From assembly GCA_963790655.1 (NCBI GenBank), contig CAWBPT010000013.1, positions 158,484-222,483 on the forward strand: 64,000 nucleotides of DNA. Reading direction: 5' to 3'. A program made the translations under genes and the position numbers. The notes beneath the pieces were generated by a model. The model did not search any database. It saw nothing but the letters and a program-made list of their open reading frames with translations, and was not told the DNA's origin. How positions within the stretch are numbered: the first letter of the stretch is position 1; every line of letters starts with the position of its first letter. This DNA comes from an uncultured delta proteobacterium. GTDB lineage: Bacteria; Desulfobacterota; Desulfobaccia; Desulfobaccales; 0-14-0-80-60-11. This document shows positions 27,547 through 39,021 of this stretch, piece by piece.

Positions 27547-29946
27547 TCAGTGCGCCTGGATCTCGGCGGGCTCCCCCGCGGGCATATAGACCGTCTCCAG
27601 GGGCAGCGGCGGCGGCACCGCCTTGAACAGGCTCTCGGGGTCGTCCAGGACCAGGGCCTTTTTCAGCACCTCATCCATGTGGTCCACCGACACCAGTTCC
27701 ACCGCCTTGAGGATGCGGGCCGGGATCTCTTTGATATCCTTTTCGTTGTCCCGGGGGATGAGCACCGTCTTGATCTGGTGGCGGTGGGCCGCGATGATCT
27801 TCTCTTTCAAGCCGCCGATGGGCAGGACCCGGCCCCGGAGGGTGATTTCCCCGGTCATGGCCACGTCCCGCTTCACCGGGACCCGCAACAGGGCGGAGAC
27901 GATGCTGGTGCCGATGGTGATGCCCGCCGAGGGTCCGTCCTTGGGGATGGCCCCTTCCGGCACGTGGACGTGGATGTCGAGGTTGCGGTAGAACTCCTTG
28001 GGCAGCCCCAGGCTTTCGGCCTTGGAACGCACGTAGCTCAAGGCCGCCTGGGCCGATTCCTGCATCACCTCACCCAGCTTGCCGGTGATGAGCAATTTGC
28101 CCCGCCCCGGCAGGACCACCACTTCGGTCTGCAGCAGTTCGCCCCCGAACTCCGTCCAGGCGAGCCCCGTGGTGAGGCCGATCTCGTCGGCCTCTTCGGT
28201 GCGCCCGAAGCGGAACTTGGGGACCCCCAGGTATTTGGCCACCGCCTGGCTGCTCACCTTCACCTGATGCTCCTTGCCCTTGGCGGCCACTTCCCGGGCC
28301 ACCTTCCGGGTGATGGCGGCGAGCTCCCGCTCCAGGTTCCGCACTCCTGCCTCCCGGGTGTACTGCCGGATGATGGTGAGGACGGCGTTTTCCGAAAACT
28401 GGATGTTTTCCCGGTCCAGGCCGTTGGCCGTACACTGCTTGCGAATCAGGAACTGCTCGGCGATGTGCAGCTTTTCCACCTCGGTATAGCCCGGCAGGCG
28501 GATGATCTCCATGCGGTCCTGCAAGGGAGGCGGGATGGAATAAAGATTGTTGGCCGTGGTGATGAACATCACTTCGGACAGATCGTAGTCCACGTCCAGG
28601 TAATGATCGTTGAACCCGAAGTTCTGCTCCGGGTCCAGGACCTCCAGGAGCGCCGCCGAGGGGTCGCCCCGGAAGTCCGTGCTCATCTTATCCACTTCAT
28701 CCAGGCAGAAGACCGGGTTGTTGGTCTTGGCCTTCTTCAGGGACTGCATGATTTTCCCCGGCAGGGCGCCGATATAGGTGCGCCGGTGCCCCCGGATCTC
28801 CGCTTCGTCCCGGACGCCGCCCAGGGAGAGGCGTACGAAATTGCGGCCCAGGGCCCGGGCCACGGACTTGGCCAGGGAGGTCTTGCCCACCCCCGGGGGG
28901 CCCACCAGACAGAGGATGGGGCCCTTCATCTTTTTCACCAGGCTCTGTACCGCCAGGTGCTCCAGGATGCGTTCTTTGGGCTTGTCCAGGCCGTAGTGGT
29001 CCTCGTGGAGGATATGCTCCGCCTCGTCCAGGTTGTGCTTGTCCCTGGTGCGCTCGTACCAGGGCAGGCTCAGCAGCCAGTCGATGTAGTTCCGGGAGAC
29101 GGTGGCCTCCGCGGACATGGGGCTCATGAGCTTCAGCTTCTTGAGCTCGTGCTTCACCTTGGCCGTGGCCTCGACACTCATCTTCTTCCGGCGGATGCGG
29201 CGCTCCAGTTCCTGGATCTCGCCCTTTAGATCCTCCTTTTCCCCCATCTCCTTCTGGATGGCCCGCATCTGCTCATTGAGATAGTATTCCCGCTGGGTCT
29301 TTTCCATCTGCTTCTTGACCCGGTTCTTGATGCGGGATTCGATCTGGAGGATTTCGTTTTCCCGGTTTACCAGGGACAGGACATTTTCCAGGCGGCGGTT
29401 GGCGTCCAGGTTTTCCAGCAGGGCCTGCTTCTCATCGGCTTTGATGGCCAGGTGCCCGGACACGATATCCGCCAGGCGGCCCGGGTCTTCCAACCCGATG
29501 ATGGTTTGCAGGGCCTCCTGGGGCACCTTCTTGTTCAATTTGCTGTAAGTCTCAAACGCGGTGACCACCGTCCGGCGCAGGGCCTCGGTCTCGTGGGTGA
29601 TTTCCCAGGATTCCGGAAGTTCTTCGGCTTCCACCTGGAAGAACTGGGACATGGGCAGGAACTGGCGCACCGTGGCCCGCCCTTTGCCCTCCACCAGTAC
29701 CTTGACGGTGCCGTCCGGCAGCCGCAGGAGCTGCAGGATGGAGGCCAGGGTCCCCAGCCGGTGCACTTCCGACTCCCGGGGCTCGTCCTTCCGGGGGTCT
29801 TTCTGGGTGCAGAGCAGGATGTATTTTTCCTGCCCCATGGCGTACTCCAGGGCGTGGATGGAGCGCTCCCGGCCGATGAACAGAGGCACCACCATGTGAG
29901 GAAAAATGACGATGTCTCTCAAGGGCAACATGGGGATCGTTAACAT
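27547..29946 (-). CDS. lon: ATP-dependent protease Lon
   Basis: [23 protein letters not shown] (LON N-domain), GPPGVGKTS Walker A, and [10 protein letters not shown] catalytic Ser region. The start is taken as MLTIPML (SD ggagggag upstream). An 18-codon upstream ATG at 30000 overlaps the clpX stop as ATGA and is the alternative. Confidence 0.95.
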   Translation of the reverse strand: MLTIPMLPLRDIVIFPHMVVPLFIGRERSIHALEYAMGQEKYILLCTQKDPRKDEPRESEVHRLGTLASILQLLRLPDGTVKVLVEGKGRATVRQFLPMSQFFQVEAEELPESWEITHETEALRRTVVTAFETYSKLNKKVPQEALQTIIGLEDPGRLADIVSGHLAIKADEKQALLENLDANRRLENVLSLVNRENEILQIESRIKNRVKKQMEKTQREYYLNEQMRAIQKEMGEKEDLKGEIQELERRIRRKKMSVEATAKVKHELKKLKLMSPMSAEATVSRNYIDWLLSLPWYERTRDKHNLDEAEHILHEDHYGLDKPKERILEHLAVQSLVKKMKGPILCLVGPPGVGKTSLAKSVARALGRNFVRLSLGGVRDEAEIRGHRRTYIGALPGKIMQSLKKAKTNNPVFCLDEVDKMSTDFRGDPSAALLEVLDPEQNFGFNDHYLDVDYDLSEVMFITTANNLYSIPPPLQDRMEIIRLPGYTEVEKLHIAEQFLIRKQCTANGLDRENIQFSENAVLTIIRQYTREAGVRNLERELAAITRKVAREVAAKGKEHQVKVSSQAVAKYLGVPKFRFGRTEEADEIGLTTGLAWTEFGGELLQTEVVVLPGRGKLLITGKLGEVMQESAQAALSYVRSKAESLGLPKEFYRNLDIHVHVPEGAIPKDGPSAGITIGTSIVSALLRVPVKRDVAMTGEITLRGRVLPIGGLKEKIIAAHRHQIKTVLIPRDNEKDIKEIPARILKAVELVSVDHMDEVLKKALVLDDPESLFKAVPPPLPLETVYMPAGEPAEIQAH

Positions 29947-29996
29947 ATTCCGTTTCTCTCCCTCCCCGGTTCCCCGGGGCTTGGGCAAGCGGAAAA

Positions 29997-31280
29997 TCAT
30001 TGCTGCACCGCTCTCCCGGGTTTATCCCAGGAGACCTCTTCGGCGGCCCGGTAGGTCAGGATGGGCGCCGCGTGCTTAATGATAAAGTCCTCGTTGATCA
30101 GGCATTCCTGCACATCCTTCAAGGAAGGCAGCTCGTACATCAGGTCCAGCATGGCCCGCTCCAGGATGGCCCGCAGGCCCCGGGCCCCGGACTTGCGCTT
30201 CAAGGCTTCCCGGGCCACCGCCACCAGGGCTTCCTCAGTGAACGTGAGGCTCACCCGGTCCAGTTCCAGCAGCTTCTGGTACTGCTTCACCAGGGCGTTC
30301 CTGGGCTCCTTCAGGATGCGCACCAGGGCCTCTTCGCTGAGTTCGTCCAGGGTGGCGATCACCGGCAGCCGGCCCACGAACTCGGGGATGAGCCCGAACT
30401 TCAGCAGATCCGGGGGTAGCACCTGGATGAGAATTTCCCCCAGGGGCCGCTGGGACCGGCTCTGGATGTCGGCCCCGAAACCCATGGATTTGCGGCCGAT
30501 GCGGGCGCCGATGATGTCCTCCAACCCGTTGAAGGCGCCCCCGCAGATGAACAGGATGTTGGTGGTGTCCACCTTGATGAACTCCTGCTGGGGGTGCTTG
30601 CGCCCGCCCTTGGGCGGCACGGAGGCCATGGTGCCTTCAATTATTTTCAGCAGCGCCTGCTGCACGCCTTCCCCGGAAACGTCCCGGGTTATGGACGGAC
30701 TGTCCGTTTTGCGCGGAATTTTGTCCACTTCGTCGATGTAGACAATGCCCCGGGAGGCCTTCTCCACGTCGTAGTCCGCCACCTGCAGCAGGTTAAGGAT
30801 GATGTTTTCCACATCCTCACCCACGTAGCCCGCTTCCGTCAGGGTGGTGGCGTCCGCGATGGTAAATGGTACATTCAATATCCGTGCCAGGGTCTGGGCC
30901 AGCAAGGTCTTCCCCGACCCCGTGGGGCCGACGAGCAGGATGTTGCTCTTCTGGAGTTCCACCCCGTCCAGGTCCACCCCGGCGTTGATGCGCTTGTAAT
31001 GGTTGTAGACCGCCACCGACAGGATCTTCTTGGCCCGCTCCTGGCCGATGACGTACTCGTCTATCTGCTTTTTGATTTGCGCCGGCTCCGGAATGGAAAC
31101 CCGGGCATGTTTGGCTTCGTCCTTCTCGTATTCTTCGGCGATGATGTCGTTGCACAGTTCGATGCACTCATCGCAGATATAGACCCCCGGGCCGGCGATG
31201 AGTTTCTTCACCTCGCCCTGGCTCTTGCCGCAAAAAGAACACAACAGGTCGGCAGTCTTATCGACACCGCGCTTAGTCAT
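29997..31280 (-). CDS. clpX: ATP-dependent Clp protease ATP-binding subunit ClpX
   Basis: N-terminal zinc finger CSFCGK...CDEC, Walker A GPTGSGKT and the IGFGA-like loop (MGFGA). Confidence 0.97.
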   Translation of the reverse strand: MTKRGVDKTADLLCSFCGKSQGEVKKLIAGPGVYICDECIELCNDIIAEEYEKDEAKHARVSIPEPAQIKKQIDEYVIGQERAKKILSVAVYNHYKRINAGVDLDGVELQKSNILLVGPTGSGKTLLAQTLARILNVPFTIADATTLTEAGYVGEDVENIILNLLQVADYDVEKASRGIVYIDEVDKIPRKTDSPSITRDVSGEGVQQALLKIIEGTMASVPPKGGRKHPQQEFIKVDTTNILFICGGAFNGLEDIIGARIGRKSMGFGADIQSRSQRPLGEILIQVLPPDLLKFGLIPEFVGRLPVIATLDELSEEALVRILKEPRNALVKQYQKLLELDRVSLTFTEEALVAVAREALKRKSGARGLRAILERAMLDLMYELPSLKDVQECLINEDFIIKHAAPILTYRAAEEVSWDKPGRAVQQ

Positions 31281-31406
31281 ATGATTTTAACCTCCCCAAA
31301 CCCATGGGCTTCCTAGGCGCCGGGTTAGGCTTAAAACTCTGGACCGCCTTAATAGCCTTTAGGCTAGATCGGCACCGGCGGCCATCTCTTCAAGTTTGGT
31401 TATTGC

Positions 31407-32021
31407 TTATTCCCGATGCCTGGGAAAAGGTATCCCTGCACTCCGCTGGCTGATGACGTCGTCGATCAGCCCGTATTCCTTGGCCTGGTCCCCGGACATG
31501 TAAAAATCCCGTTCGGTATCGTGATTGATCCGCTCGATGGACTGGCCCGTGTGCATAGCCATGATCTGGTTCAACTCCTCCCGGAGGCGCAGGATCTCCC
31601 GGGCCTGGATGTCCACGTCGGTGGCCTGGCCCTGGAACCCGCCCAAGGGCTGGTGGATCAGGATGCGGGCGTGGGGCAGCGAGAACCTCTTGCCCGCATC
31701 CCCCGCGGCCAGCAGCAGGGCGGCCATGGACGCCGCCTGCCCCATGCACAGGGTGGCCACCGGGGATTTGATGTACTGCATGGTGTCGTAGATGGCCATG
31801 CCCGCGGTCACCAGTCCCCCCGGGGAATTGATATAAAAATTGATTTCCTTGTCCGGGTCTTCCGCCTCCAGAAACAACAGTTGCGCGATGACCAGGTTGG
31901 CCACGTCGTCGTTGATGGCCGAACCCAGAAAAATTATCCGGTCTTTGAGCAGACGGGAGTAGATGTCGTAAGCCCGCTCCCCTCGGCTGCTCTGTTCCAC
32001 TACGATGGGAATTAACTGCAT
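31407..32021 (-). CDS. clpP: ATP-dependent Clp protease proteolytic subunit ClpP
   Basis: [19 protein letters not shown]...[15 protein letters not shown]...IHQPLGG, with the Ser-His-Asp context. Confidence 0.97.
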   Translation of the reverse strand: MQLIPIVVEQSSRGERAYDIYSRLLKDRIIFLGSAINDDVANLVIAQLLFLEAEDPDKEINFYINSPGGLVTAGMAIYDTMQYIKSPVATLCMGQAASMAALLLAAGDAGKRFSLPHARILIHQPLGGFQGQATDVDIQAREILRLREELNQIMAMHTGQSIERINHDTERDFYMSGDQAKEYGLIDDVISQRSAGIPFPRHRE

Positions 32022-32023
32022 CC

Positions 32024-33349
32024 TTATTCCTTCTCCCCGGTTGCGGCCGCGGGGGCCGTTTCCACCGAGGCGTTATCCAGTAAAAATTTCATGGTCTTTT
32101 CATCTCGCAGTTGCCGTTGCAAGGCCCCTGCCAGTTCGTGCTCCTGATAGAACTTTTTGACCTCGGTCACATCCTTGCCGCTGCGCACCGCGATGCGGGC
32201 CAGGGCGGCATCCACTTCGGCGTCATCCACCGTAAACCCTTCCTGGGCGGCGATGCGCTCCAGCACCAACTTGATGCGCACCCGCCGTTCCGCCATGGGC
32301 TTGATGGCCTCCACCATCTTGGTGGGGTCCATTTGGGACGGGTTGACCCCGTACTGGGCCAGGCGTTCCCACTGATCCCGCAGCAGGTTTTCCCGTTCCT
32401 GCTCCAGGAGGGTAGGCGGCACTTCAAACTGGTGTTTGGCCAGCAACTGGTCCATGGCCTGGTTTTCCAGCAGGGCTTGACGCTCCCTTTCCTTTCCTTT
32501 AATAATATCCTCTCGCACCGCCTGACGCAAGTCGGCCAGGGTTTTAAAATTGCCCCCCAGAGCCTGGGCAAAGGTGTCGTCCAACTCGGGCACCACCTTT
32601 TCCTTGACTTCCTGGATCTTCACCTGAAAGTCCACCACCTTGCCGGCCAGCAGGGGGTTGGCGAAGTCGTCGGGCAGGGAGACGGCAAAGCGGGACTCGG
32701 CCTCGGGCTTGAGCCCTATGAGGTTGCCCTCGAACTCTTGGTTGAACTTGCCGCTGCCCACTTCCATGTAGGTGCCTTCGGCCTTGCCGCCTTCCACCGG
32801 TTCGCCGGCAAAATAGGTCTGGTAATCCAGGACCACAAAGTCGCCCTCCTGCGCCCCCCGGTCTTCAGCCGGCGGCTTGAGCAGGGCGTTCCCCTGGCGG
32901 ATCTCCTCTATCCGGGCCTCCACCTCTTCGTCGCTAACCGCAACTTCCGGGGCCGTGAGGCCCAACCCCTGGTAGTCCGCCACGGTAAATTCCGGGCTGA
33001 CTTCCAGTTCCACGCTGTAGCGGTAGTCCTCGCCGGCCACCGGCTGGGGCGGGGGCTCCGGCCAATTCAGGTTGACGGGCTCCAGGTCCTTTTCCTTCAG
33101 GACCTCGGCCAGGGAGCGGCGCACCAGGGAGTCGGAAACTTCCTGTTCTATCTGTTTGCCGTAATACATCTCCAGGATGGAACGGGGCACCTTTCCCGGG
33201 CGAAAGCCTTTGACTTTGGCCCGCTTGCCCAATTCCCGGTAGGCCCGGTCCACTTCCTGGGTAACCTCGTCGGAGGGTACCACGACTCTCAATTTTCGCT
33301 TCACTTCGCTGAGGTTTTCGATCTCTGCCTTCAAAGCACTTTCGGTCAT
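32024..33349 (-). CDS. tig: trigger factor
   Basis: 441 aa in the conserved position upstream of clpP-clpX-lon. N-terminal ribosome-binding region GFRPGKVP. Confidence 0.95.
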   Translation of the reverse strand: MTESALKAEIENLSEVKRKLRVVVPSDEVTQEVDRAYRELGKRAKVKGFRPGKVPRSILEMYYGKQIEQEVSDSLVRRSLAEVLKEKDLEPVNLNWPEPPPQPVAGEDYRYSVELEVSPEFTVADYQGLGLTAPEVAVSDEEVEARIEEIRQGNALLKPPAEDRGAQEGDFVVLDYQTYFAGEPVEGGKAEGTYMEVGSGKFNQEFEGNLIGLKPEAESRFAVSLPDDFANPLLAGKVVDFQVKIQEVKEKVVPELDDTFAQALGGNFKTLADLRQAVREDIIKGKERERQALLENQAMDQLLAKHQFEVPPTLLEQERENLLRDQWERLAQYGVNPSQMDPTKMVEAIKPMAERRVRIKLVLERIAAQEGFTVDDAEVDAALARIAVRSGKDVTEVKKFYQEHELAGALQRQLRDEKTMKFLLDNASVETAPAAATGEKE

Positions 33350-33430
33350 CTGTCAGCTCGCTGTATTATTTGATATGGGTCAGGTGGGACTGGTTTCCCC
33401 CCCGCCTGCGGTCCTCCCCCCGCTGAGGTG

Positions 33431-33511
33431 TGCGAGAGGGGGGACTCGAACCCCCACGGTAAACCCGCTGGACCCTAAACCCAGTGCGTCTGCCAATTCC
33501 GCCACTCTCGC
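33431..33511 (-). tRNA. tRNA-Leu (UAG), CCA not encoded
   Basis: GCGAGAGTGGCGGAATTGGCAGACGCACTGGGTTTAGGGTCCAGCGGGTTTACCGTGGGGGTTCGAGTCCCCCCTCTCGCA. It has a long variable arm and the anticodon loop is TTTAGGG. Confidence 0.9.
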
Positions 33512-33874
33512 AATTGGCGATTCAGTCAATAATTTTATTAACTTTCCCTTGCCAAGTCAAGCAATTCTCCCTGCCGCCCTGTATCTCACCTGTGGTCTCC
33601 GCCTAAAATTCAGGTTCTTTATTATTTGTTTATGCAAAAATCAAGATCATTATTTAACTGCATGTTGGTAATTGCCTCCCGGGCAAATTCTTCTGAAACC
33701 CGACCTGTAAGGATTCAGCCAAACCGGCCCCTTCCTTTGCCGGCTCAATTCCCTAGGCCCGGCGCCAGGTCTGGCAATTTTATCCTCCACCTTGAACCGG
33801 CCTTAATAACTCTTATTTTTAAAAGTTAACCATCTCCTCGAAGGGCGTCTGACCTCCGCTGGGGTGAAAGCATC

Positions 33875-34510
33875 ATGCGCACCAACTATGCCTTATGGTT
33901 AGGGTTATTCATTATGGCCGCTTTAGTCACCCTGGCCACCAAGTATTATGCCTACTTCCCCGGAGACGTGGCGGTGGCCAGGTGGGTGCAATCCCTGGTG
34001 CCCCCGAACCTGAATTGGGCCGCAGGCGTCTCCCGGACGGCCGAATTTCCCTGGCTCCTCCTGATACTGGCGCTCATCTTTGCCCTTTCCTGGGCCCTGG
34101 CCGGATGGCGCGCCGCGCTGCTCTCCCTTATCAGCTTTGCGGGGATGTGGGCCCTGGGAAATTGGCTCGGTCCGATCATTGCCCGGCCGCGGCCTTCCCC
34201 GGAACTGGTGCGCGTCTTTCGTCCACTTCCGGGTTTCAGCTTCCCTTCTCTATTTGCCCTGAGATATGCCGCCACTTTCGGCTTTCTGGCAGTTCTGGCC
34301 GCGAGGCGGAGTTCCGGGGCGCGGCGCACCGGCCTGTTGCTTGGCTGCGGCGCTCTTCTGCTTCTTGGCTGGTTTGCCCGGGTCGCCCTGGCGGCCCACT
34401 GGCCCAGCGATGTGATCATCTCTTATTATCTGGGATTGCTCTGGGCGGCTTTCCTCCTGCGGTTTGCTCCCCGGGGGCTAATCGGTCCCTTGGGCCTACT
34501 AAAGAATTAA
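33875..34510 (+). CDS. PAP2-superfamily membrane phosphatase-like protein
   Basis: Multi-TM protein with IARPRP (C1-like) and RVALAAHWPSDV (C3). The C2 PSGH motif is degenerate (FPSLF). Confidence 0.75.
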   Translation: MRTNYALWLGLFIMAALVTLATKYYAYFPGDVAVARWVQSLVPPNLNWAAGVSRTAEFPWLLLILALIFALSWALAGWRAALLSLISFAGMWALGNWLGPIIARPRPSPELVRVFRPLPGFSFPSLFALRYAATFGFLAVLAARRSSGARRTGLLLGCGALLLLGWFARVALAAHWPSDVIISYYLGLLWAAFLLRFAPRGLIGPLGLLKN

Positions 34511-34739
34511 TTATTCATTGCTGTTTTCTTCCGGGGTGAGCAACATTTTTTCAAGACCCGCATATATGCGGATAAAATGGCGGGCGGCGGACCTACGATT
34601 GGCTATTTGGGCCTTTACCGGACTGGAGGGTACGGCCAAGGGCGCCGAATACACCCCGGCCCGCAATCATCTAAGTTCTCCTCCCGGAGGAGATTAGCGC
34701 CTGGCACGGCCATCACGGCCATAAAAGGACGCCGGCCAA

Positions 34740-35963
34740 GTGGCTGAGGCCAATAATTTGTTTCAGAGTCAAACCGATATCCCTGGAAAAGCAAACTTAA
34801 AAGAGTTGGCGCGGTTTTTCCTGCGTCTTGGCACCACCGCCTTTGGCGGTCCCGCGGCTCACATCGCCATGATGGAGGACGAGGTGGTCCGGCGCCGCCG
34901 CTGGGTCGCCCGGGAGAAATTTCTTGATTTGCTGGGGGCCGCCAACCTCATCCCCGGCCCCAGCTCAACGGAGATGGCCATCTTCATCGGCTACCTATGC
35001 AGAGGTTGGCCGGGGCTTCTGTTAGCGGGCGTCTGCTTTATCGCGCCGGCCATGCTTATGGTCCTGGGATTTGCCTGGGCCTATGTGCGGTTTGGGAATC
35101 TTCCTCAGGTGACCTGGCTACTTTACGGGGTCAAACCGGTGGTAATCGCCATCATCTTGCAGGCGCTTTGGCAGTTAGGGCGCACCGCCGTAAAAACTAA
35201 ATTCCTGGGCGCCTTGGCCCTTATGGGGATCATATTGAATTTTTTGGGTATTAATGTGCTGATTTTGCTCTTTGGAACCGGGGTAATCGCGGGGTTTCAG
35301 CAAGGACTTGTCCAAGATCGCGCCAGAAATTGGAAACCCCTGGTGATTATGCTTTTATCGGCCGGCTGCTTCTTGGTGGCCGCCTATGTCGCTACCGGAT
35401 TATACTCCACGGGCAAAGTAGAGTTCGGCTTACTACCGCTCTTCCTTTTCTTCGTGAAAGTCGGCTCCATAGTCTTCGGGAGCGGCTATGTGCTCCTGGC
35501 TTTTTTGCAAGCCGATCTCGTCGGGCATTGGCATTGGCTTACCGCAACTCAGCTTTTGGACGCCGTGGCGGTGGGGCAAGTGACCCCCGGTCCGGTCTTT
35601 ACCACCGCCACCTTCATCGGCTATGTGCTCGCCGGGTTGCCAGGCGCCCTCATCGCCACCGTCGGGATTTTTCTCCCCTCCTTTATCCTGGTCGCGGTCA
35701 GCAGTCCTCTTATCCCGCGTCTGCGCCGGTCAGCCATGGCCGGAGCCTTCCTGGACGGCGTCATTGTGGCTTCCCTGGCCCTCATGGCGGTGGTTACCTG
35801 GAGACTGGGGCGTGACGCGGTCATTGACCTTCCCACTGCTCTGCTGGTTTTAGGAAGCGCCGTGCTGCTCATCCGTTTTCGCCTGAACTCCTTGTGGCTC
35901 GTGGTTGGCGGGGCTCTGATCGGGCTTTTGGTTTATGGGGCCAGGAGGTATTTTATGATTTAG
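34740..35963 (+). CDS. chrA: chromate transporter (CHR family)
   Basis: FLRLGTTAFGGPAAHIAMMEDEVVRRRRWV...LGAANLIPGP and the second half-repeat VGQVTPGPVFTTATFIGY. GTG start. Confidence 0.85.
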   Translation: MAEANNLFQSQTDIPGKANLKELARFFLRLGTTAFGGPAAHIAMMEDEVVRRRRWVAREKFLDLLGAANLIPGPSSTEMAIFIGYLCRGWPGLLLAGVCFIAPAMLMVLGFAWAYVRFGNLPQVTWLLYGVKPVVIAIILQALWQLGRTAVKTKFLGALALMGIILNFLGINVLILLFGTGVIAGFQQGLVQDRARNWKPLVIMLLSAGCFLVAAYVATGLYSTGKVEFGLLPLFLFFVKVGSIVFGSGYVLLAFLQADLVGHWHWLTATQLLDAVAVGQVTPGPVFTTATFIGYVLAGLPGALIATVGIFLPSFILVAVSSPLIPRLRRSAMAGAFLDGVIVASLALMAVVTWRLGRDAVIDLPTALLVLGSAVLLIRFRLNSLWLVVGGALIGLLVYGARRYFMI

Positions 35964-36039
35964 TCTTTGGCGTCTGAATCCATTAAGTATTATTATTAAG
36001 CATTAAAGTCGTAATCCCACCCTTTGAATCCGGCGGAGG

Positions 36040-37464
36040 ATGACCTCAATAATGGAAGCCAAAGAGAAAGACGAGATCCAGCAACTGCGCGACCGGCTCA
36101 CGGTGAGCCCCAAGCTGGTGTGGGACGTCTCGGACCAGGCCCAACGTGACGCCATCTTTGCCTACGGCGAAGACTACAAGGCTTTTCTGGACCGGGCCAA
36201 GACGGAACGGGAGGCGGTGGACGAAATCCAGCGCCAGGCCGGGGACCGGGGTTTTGTGGAGTTGATCAACGGCAGCGCCGGGCCCCGCAACTTTTACACT
36301 CATAAAGGCAAAACCATCGTCCTGGCGGTGCAAGGCCGGCGGCCCCTCACCGACGGGCTGCGCCTGGTGGCCTCCCACATCGATTCCCCGCGCCTGGACC
36401 TCAAGCAATACCCCCTGTACGAAGACACGGACCTGGCCTTTCTGAAGACCCAATATTACGGCGGCATCAAGAAATACCAGTGGCTGGCCCGCCCCCTGGC
36501 CATCCACGGCGTGGTCCTCAAGCCCGACGGCCGCCGGGTGGACCTCAAGCTGGGGGAAGAGCCCGCGGACCCGGTCTTCACGGTGCTGGACCTGCTGCCG
36601 CACCTGGCTAAGAAGGCCCAGATGGATAAAAAGGTGACCGAAGCCTTTGAGGGCGAAAAACTCAACGTCCTGGTGGGTTCCCTGCCCCTGGGGGATTCCG
36701 AGACCAAGGAGCGCTTCAAGCTTTACCTGCTGAAGCATCTGGAGGAGCGTTACGGCATCGGCGAGGAAGATTTCGTCAGCGCCGAACTGGAACTGGTGCC
36801 CGCGGGTCCCGCCCGGGATCTGGGCTGGGACCGCAGCCTGGTGGGGGCCTACGGCCAGGATGACCGGTCCTGCGCCTATGCCGCCCTGGCGGCCATCCTG
36901 GACCCCGTCGAGCCGGAATACACCGCCCTCGCCCTGTTCTACGACAAGGAAGAGACGGGCTCCGACGGCAACACCTCCGCCAAGTGCTGCCTGCTGGAAG
37001 AGATGGTGGAGCTGCTCCTGGAGCGGGCCGGTGAGAGCTCCCTGGCCCGGCGCCGCGTGCTCATGGCCTCCCGGGCCATCTCCGCGGACGTCACCGGGGC
37101 CCTGGACCCGGATTATCCGGAAGTCCACGAAAAGCGCAACGCCGCCCGCCTGGGCTACGGCGTGGCCTTCAGCAAGTACGGCGGCAGCGGCGGCAAGTAC
37201 TACACCAGCGACGCCAATGCCGAGTACGTGGCCTGGCTCCGCCGCATCTTCCAGGAACACGGGGTCATTTGGCAGGCGGGCCAGTTGGGCAAGGTGGACG
37301 AAGGCGGCGGCGGCACCATCGCCAAGTTCCTGGCGGTCCACGGCCTGGAGATCATCGACTGCGGCACCCCCTTGCTGTCCATGCATTCCCCCTTCGAGGT
37401 GGCCTCCAAGGCCGACCTGTACATGACTTTTAAAGCGTACCAGGCGTTTTTTCAGGCAGTGTGA
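36040..37464 (+). CDS. M18-family aminopeptidase
   Basis: ASHIDSPRLDLKQYPLYED...YYGGIKKYQW...GQDDRSCAYAAL...DKEETGSDGNTSA...LLSMHSP. Confidence 0.85.
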   Translation: MTSIMEAKEKDEIQQLRDRLTVSPKLVWDVSDQAQRDAIFAYGEDYKAFLDRAKTEREAVDEIQRQAGDRGFVELINGSAGPRNFYTHKGKTIVLAVQGRRPLTDGLRLVASHIDSPRLDLKQYPLYEDTDLAFLKTQYYGGIKKYQWLARPLAIHGVVLKPDGRRVDLKLGEEPADPVFTVLDLLPHLAKKAQMDKKVTEAFEGEKLNVLVGSLPLGDSETKERFKLYLLKHLEERYGIGEEDFVSAELELVPAGPARDLGWDRSLVGAYGQDDRSCAYAALAAILDPVEPEYTALALFYDKEETGSDGNTSAKCCLLEEMVELLLERAGESSLARRRVLMASRAISADVTGALDPDYPEVHEKRNAARLGYGVAFSKYGGSGGKYYTSDANAEYVAWLRRIFQEHGVIWQAGQLGKVDEGGGGTIAKFLAVHGLEIIDCGTPLLSMHSPFEVASKADLYMTFKAYQAFFQAV

Positions 37465-38189
37465 GCCGCGCCGCCGGTGCAGTTTTTGGTTTGCTGTTTG
37501 CGGTTTTCTGTTATGATTTAAGGTGCGACTGGGCGGATGGCGTCAGGGCCATGCCATTCCTGTCTTTACCAAAAAAGAAAAACCCGAAACGGTCATTTAA
37601 GATGCGCAAATACTTCTCCAAAGTAAAACCCGATTCTCCCGAGGCCGCGGTGTCGTCCTGGGGCAATCTGGCCAACTTTTACAGCCTGCTGATCTTTTTG
37701 ATCGCCATCCCCTTCATCCTCATCGTGGCCCTGGTGTGGCTCACCGGAGTCCTGGGATTCAGCGCCTGGATCTTTGCCGGTTTTGCGGCTCTGTGCGCCT
37801 TTATTGTCTGGCGCATCTACCGGCGCTGGGGCCAGTTCAAATCCAAGGTGACGGAACAGAACCGCGAGTTTCAGGATCTGGTGCGGGAAGCCACCCAAGC
37901 CGGGAAAGATGTGGAAATCTCCCTGATGAACGGCGCCCTGACCCTGCGCTGCCTGGGCCAGGACCGCTTGGGCCACGCCTTGCCCGCGGGCCGGCCGGTG
38001 CCGCTGGCCTTGCAGGCCCCCCACGCCGTTGAGGTTGAGGCCTTGGAGGCGGCGGCCCCTTCCTGCTTGTCGCCGGAACGCCTGCGGGAGGAACTGGAGG
38101 AGTTCATCAAACTCAGGGACACGGGCGTCATCAGCCCCGAGGAGTTCGACCGCATCAAGGCCAGCCTGCTGCACCGGATCTCGGCCTAA
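37461..38189 (+). CDS. membrane protein with C-terminal SHOCT domain
   Basis: Two TM helices (LLIFLIAIPFILIVALVWL, SAWIFAGFAALCAFIVW) and the C-terminus LRDTGVISPEEFDRIKASLLHRI. The true start may be the internal ATG at 37551 or 37602. Confidence 0.6.
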   Translation: MSRAAGAVFGLLFAVFCYDLRCDWADGVRAMPFLSLPKKKNPKRSFKMRKYFSKVKPDSPEAAVSSWGNLANFYSLLIFLIAIPFILIVALVWLTGVLGFSAWIFAGFAALCAFIVWRIYRRWGQFKSKVTEQNREFQDLVREATQAGKDVEISLMNGALTLRCLGQDRLGHALPAGRPVPLALQAPHAVEVEALEAAAPSCLSPERLREELEEFIKLRDTGVISPEEFDRIKASLLHRISA

Positions 38190-38216
38190 GACCTGGTTTT
38201 ATATTTTCCTGCAGTA

Positions 38217-38320
38217 GTGTCCGAGGGATTTTGCATCTTGATAACTCGTTCCCAAGCTCCTGCTTGGGAACGTATTTTTTTTAGCCCAAGCTGTGCTTGG
38301 GCTCACCTGCGATTATTATT
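38217..38320 (+). repeat. repeat family R2, truncated copy with both hairpins
   Basis: gattttgcatcttgataactc GTTCCCAAGCtcctGCTTGGGAAC ... GCCCAAGCtgtgCTTGGGC tcacctgcgatta. Confidence 0.7.
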
Positions 38321-38739
38321 AGGACATATGGCCCAAGCGGTCAAAATCGACCCGCTCAAGTGGATTCCTGTAAGGGCGGTTCGCGAACCGCCCCTACAAT
38401 GGCCGTTTTTAACCCGGGAGGATTTGGAAGATGCTCGCGGGACAAAACCCTAGCCTGGACCGGACCTGAAAACTTTAAAGCCCCCAGGGGTCACCCGGGG
38501 GCTTTTTTCTTGATAGCAGCACCGGCGTCCCGCCGGTGCCACGCCGGCTAATACCAAGTCGCGCCCATAGAGGTAAAATCAGCATCTTTGTTGTAGGGGC
38601 GCAATTCATTGCGCCCTTGAGGGCGTGATAAATCACGCCCCTACACTAAAATACCTTTTTGATGGCGACTTGGTTCAATGGGGAAGGAGACCATAATTAT
38701 CCTTGACGTAACACATAATTTACTTTATATTTTAGACTG

Positions 38740-39021
38740 TTGATCGTGGGCTTCAGAGACAAGCGAACGCGAGAGTTCGCCCAGGGAAACCGAGTCAAGG
38801 CCTTCACGGGCTTTGAGCACCAAGCGGAAATGAAGCTCGATCAGCTCGACGCGGCCACGTCGCGGCTCGATCTGGACTTGCCCGGCAACCGCCTCGAAGC
38901 GCTTAAGGGCGACCGCCAGGGCCAATATAGCATCCGTATCAATGACCAATGGCGGATTTGCTTCGAGTGGCCCAAGGGCGCGCCGGGGCCGGTCAAGGTT
39001 GAAATCACCGATTACCATTGA
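38740..39021 (+). CDS. higB: HigB-type toxin (RelE/ParE superfamily, 'killer protein')
   Basis: IVGFRDKRTREFAQGNRVKAFTGFEHQAEMKLDQLDAA...LEALKGDRQGQYSIRINDQWRICFEW. TTG start. Overlaps the antitoxin by 4 nt. Confidence 0.85.
   Translation: MIVGFRDKRTREFAQGNRVKAFTGFEHQAEMKLDQLDAATSRLDLDLPGNRLEALKGDRQGQYSIRINDQWRICFEWPKGAPGPVKVEITDYH

Noticed and set aside
27550-29229. Long ORFs antisense to lon, clpX, clpP, tig, recJ, M18 aminopeptidase, rlmN, K+ channel, FBPase and others (e.g. 27550-29229+, 30594-31316+, 32111-33373+, 36046-37386-, 42804-43733-, 53716-55506+, 57359-58612+, 58622-59935+)
   Set aside because: All overlap a strongly recognisable conserved gene on the other strand. They have Arg/Gly/Pro/His-rich low-complexity translations and are shadow ORFs caused by GC3-rich codon usage.
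29947-30000. 18-codon N-terminal extension of Lon ([18 protein letters not shown]) overlapping the clpX stop
   Set aside because: Lon proteins normally begin a few residues before the LP.LPLRD motif, and a good SD precedes the ATG at 29946. The ATGA overlap makes the longer form possible, so it is kept as an alternative.
33875-34510. PAP2 protein with degenerate PSGH motif as a 'dead enzyme' finding
   Set aside because: Many PAP2-superfamily members deviate at this motif. Without an alignment I cannot tell whether the catalytic His is really missing, so it is noted only in the feature evidence.
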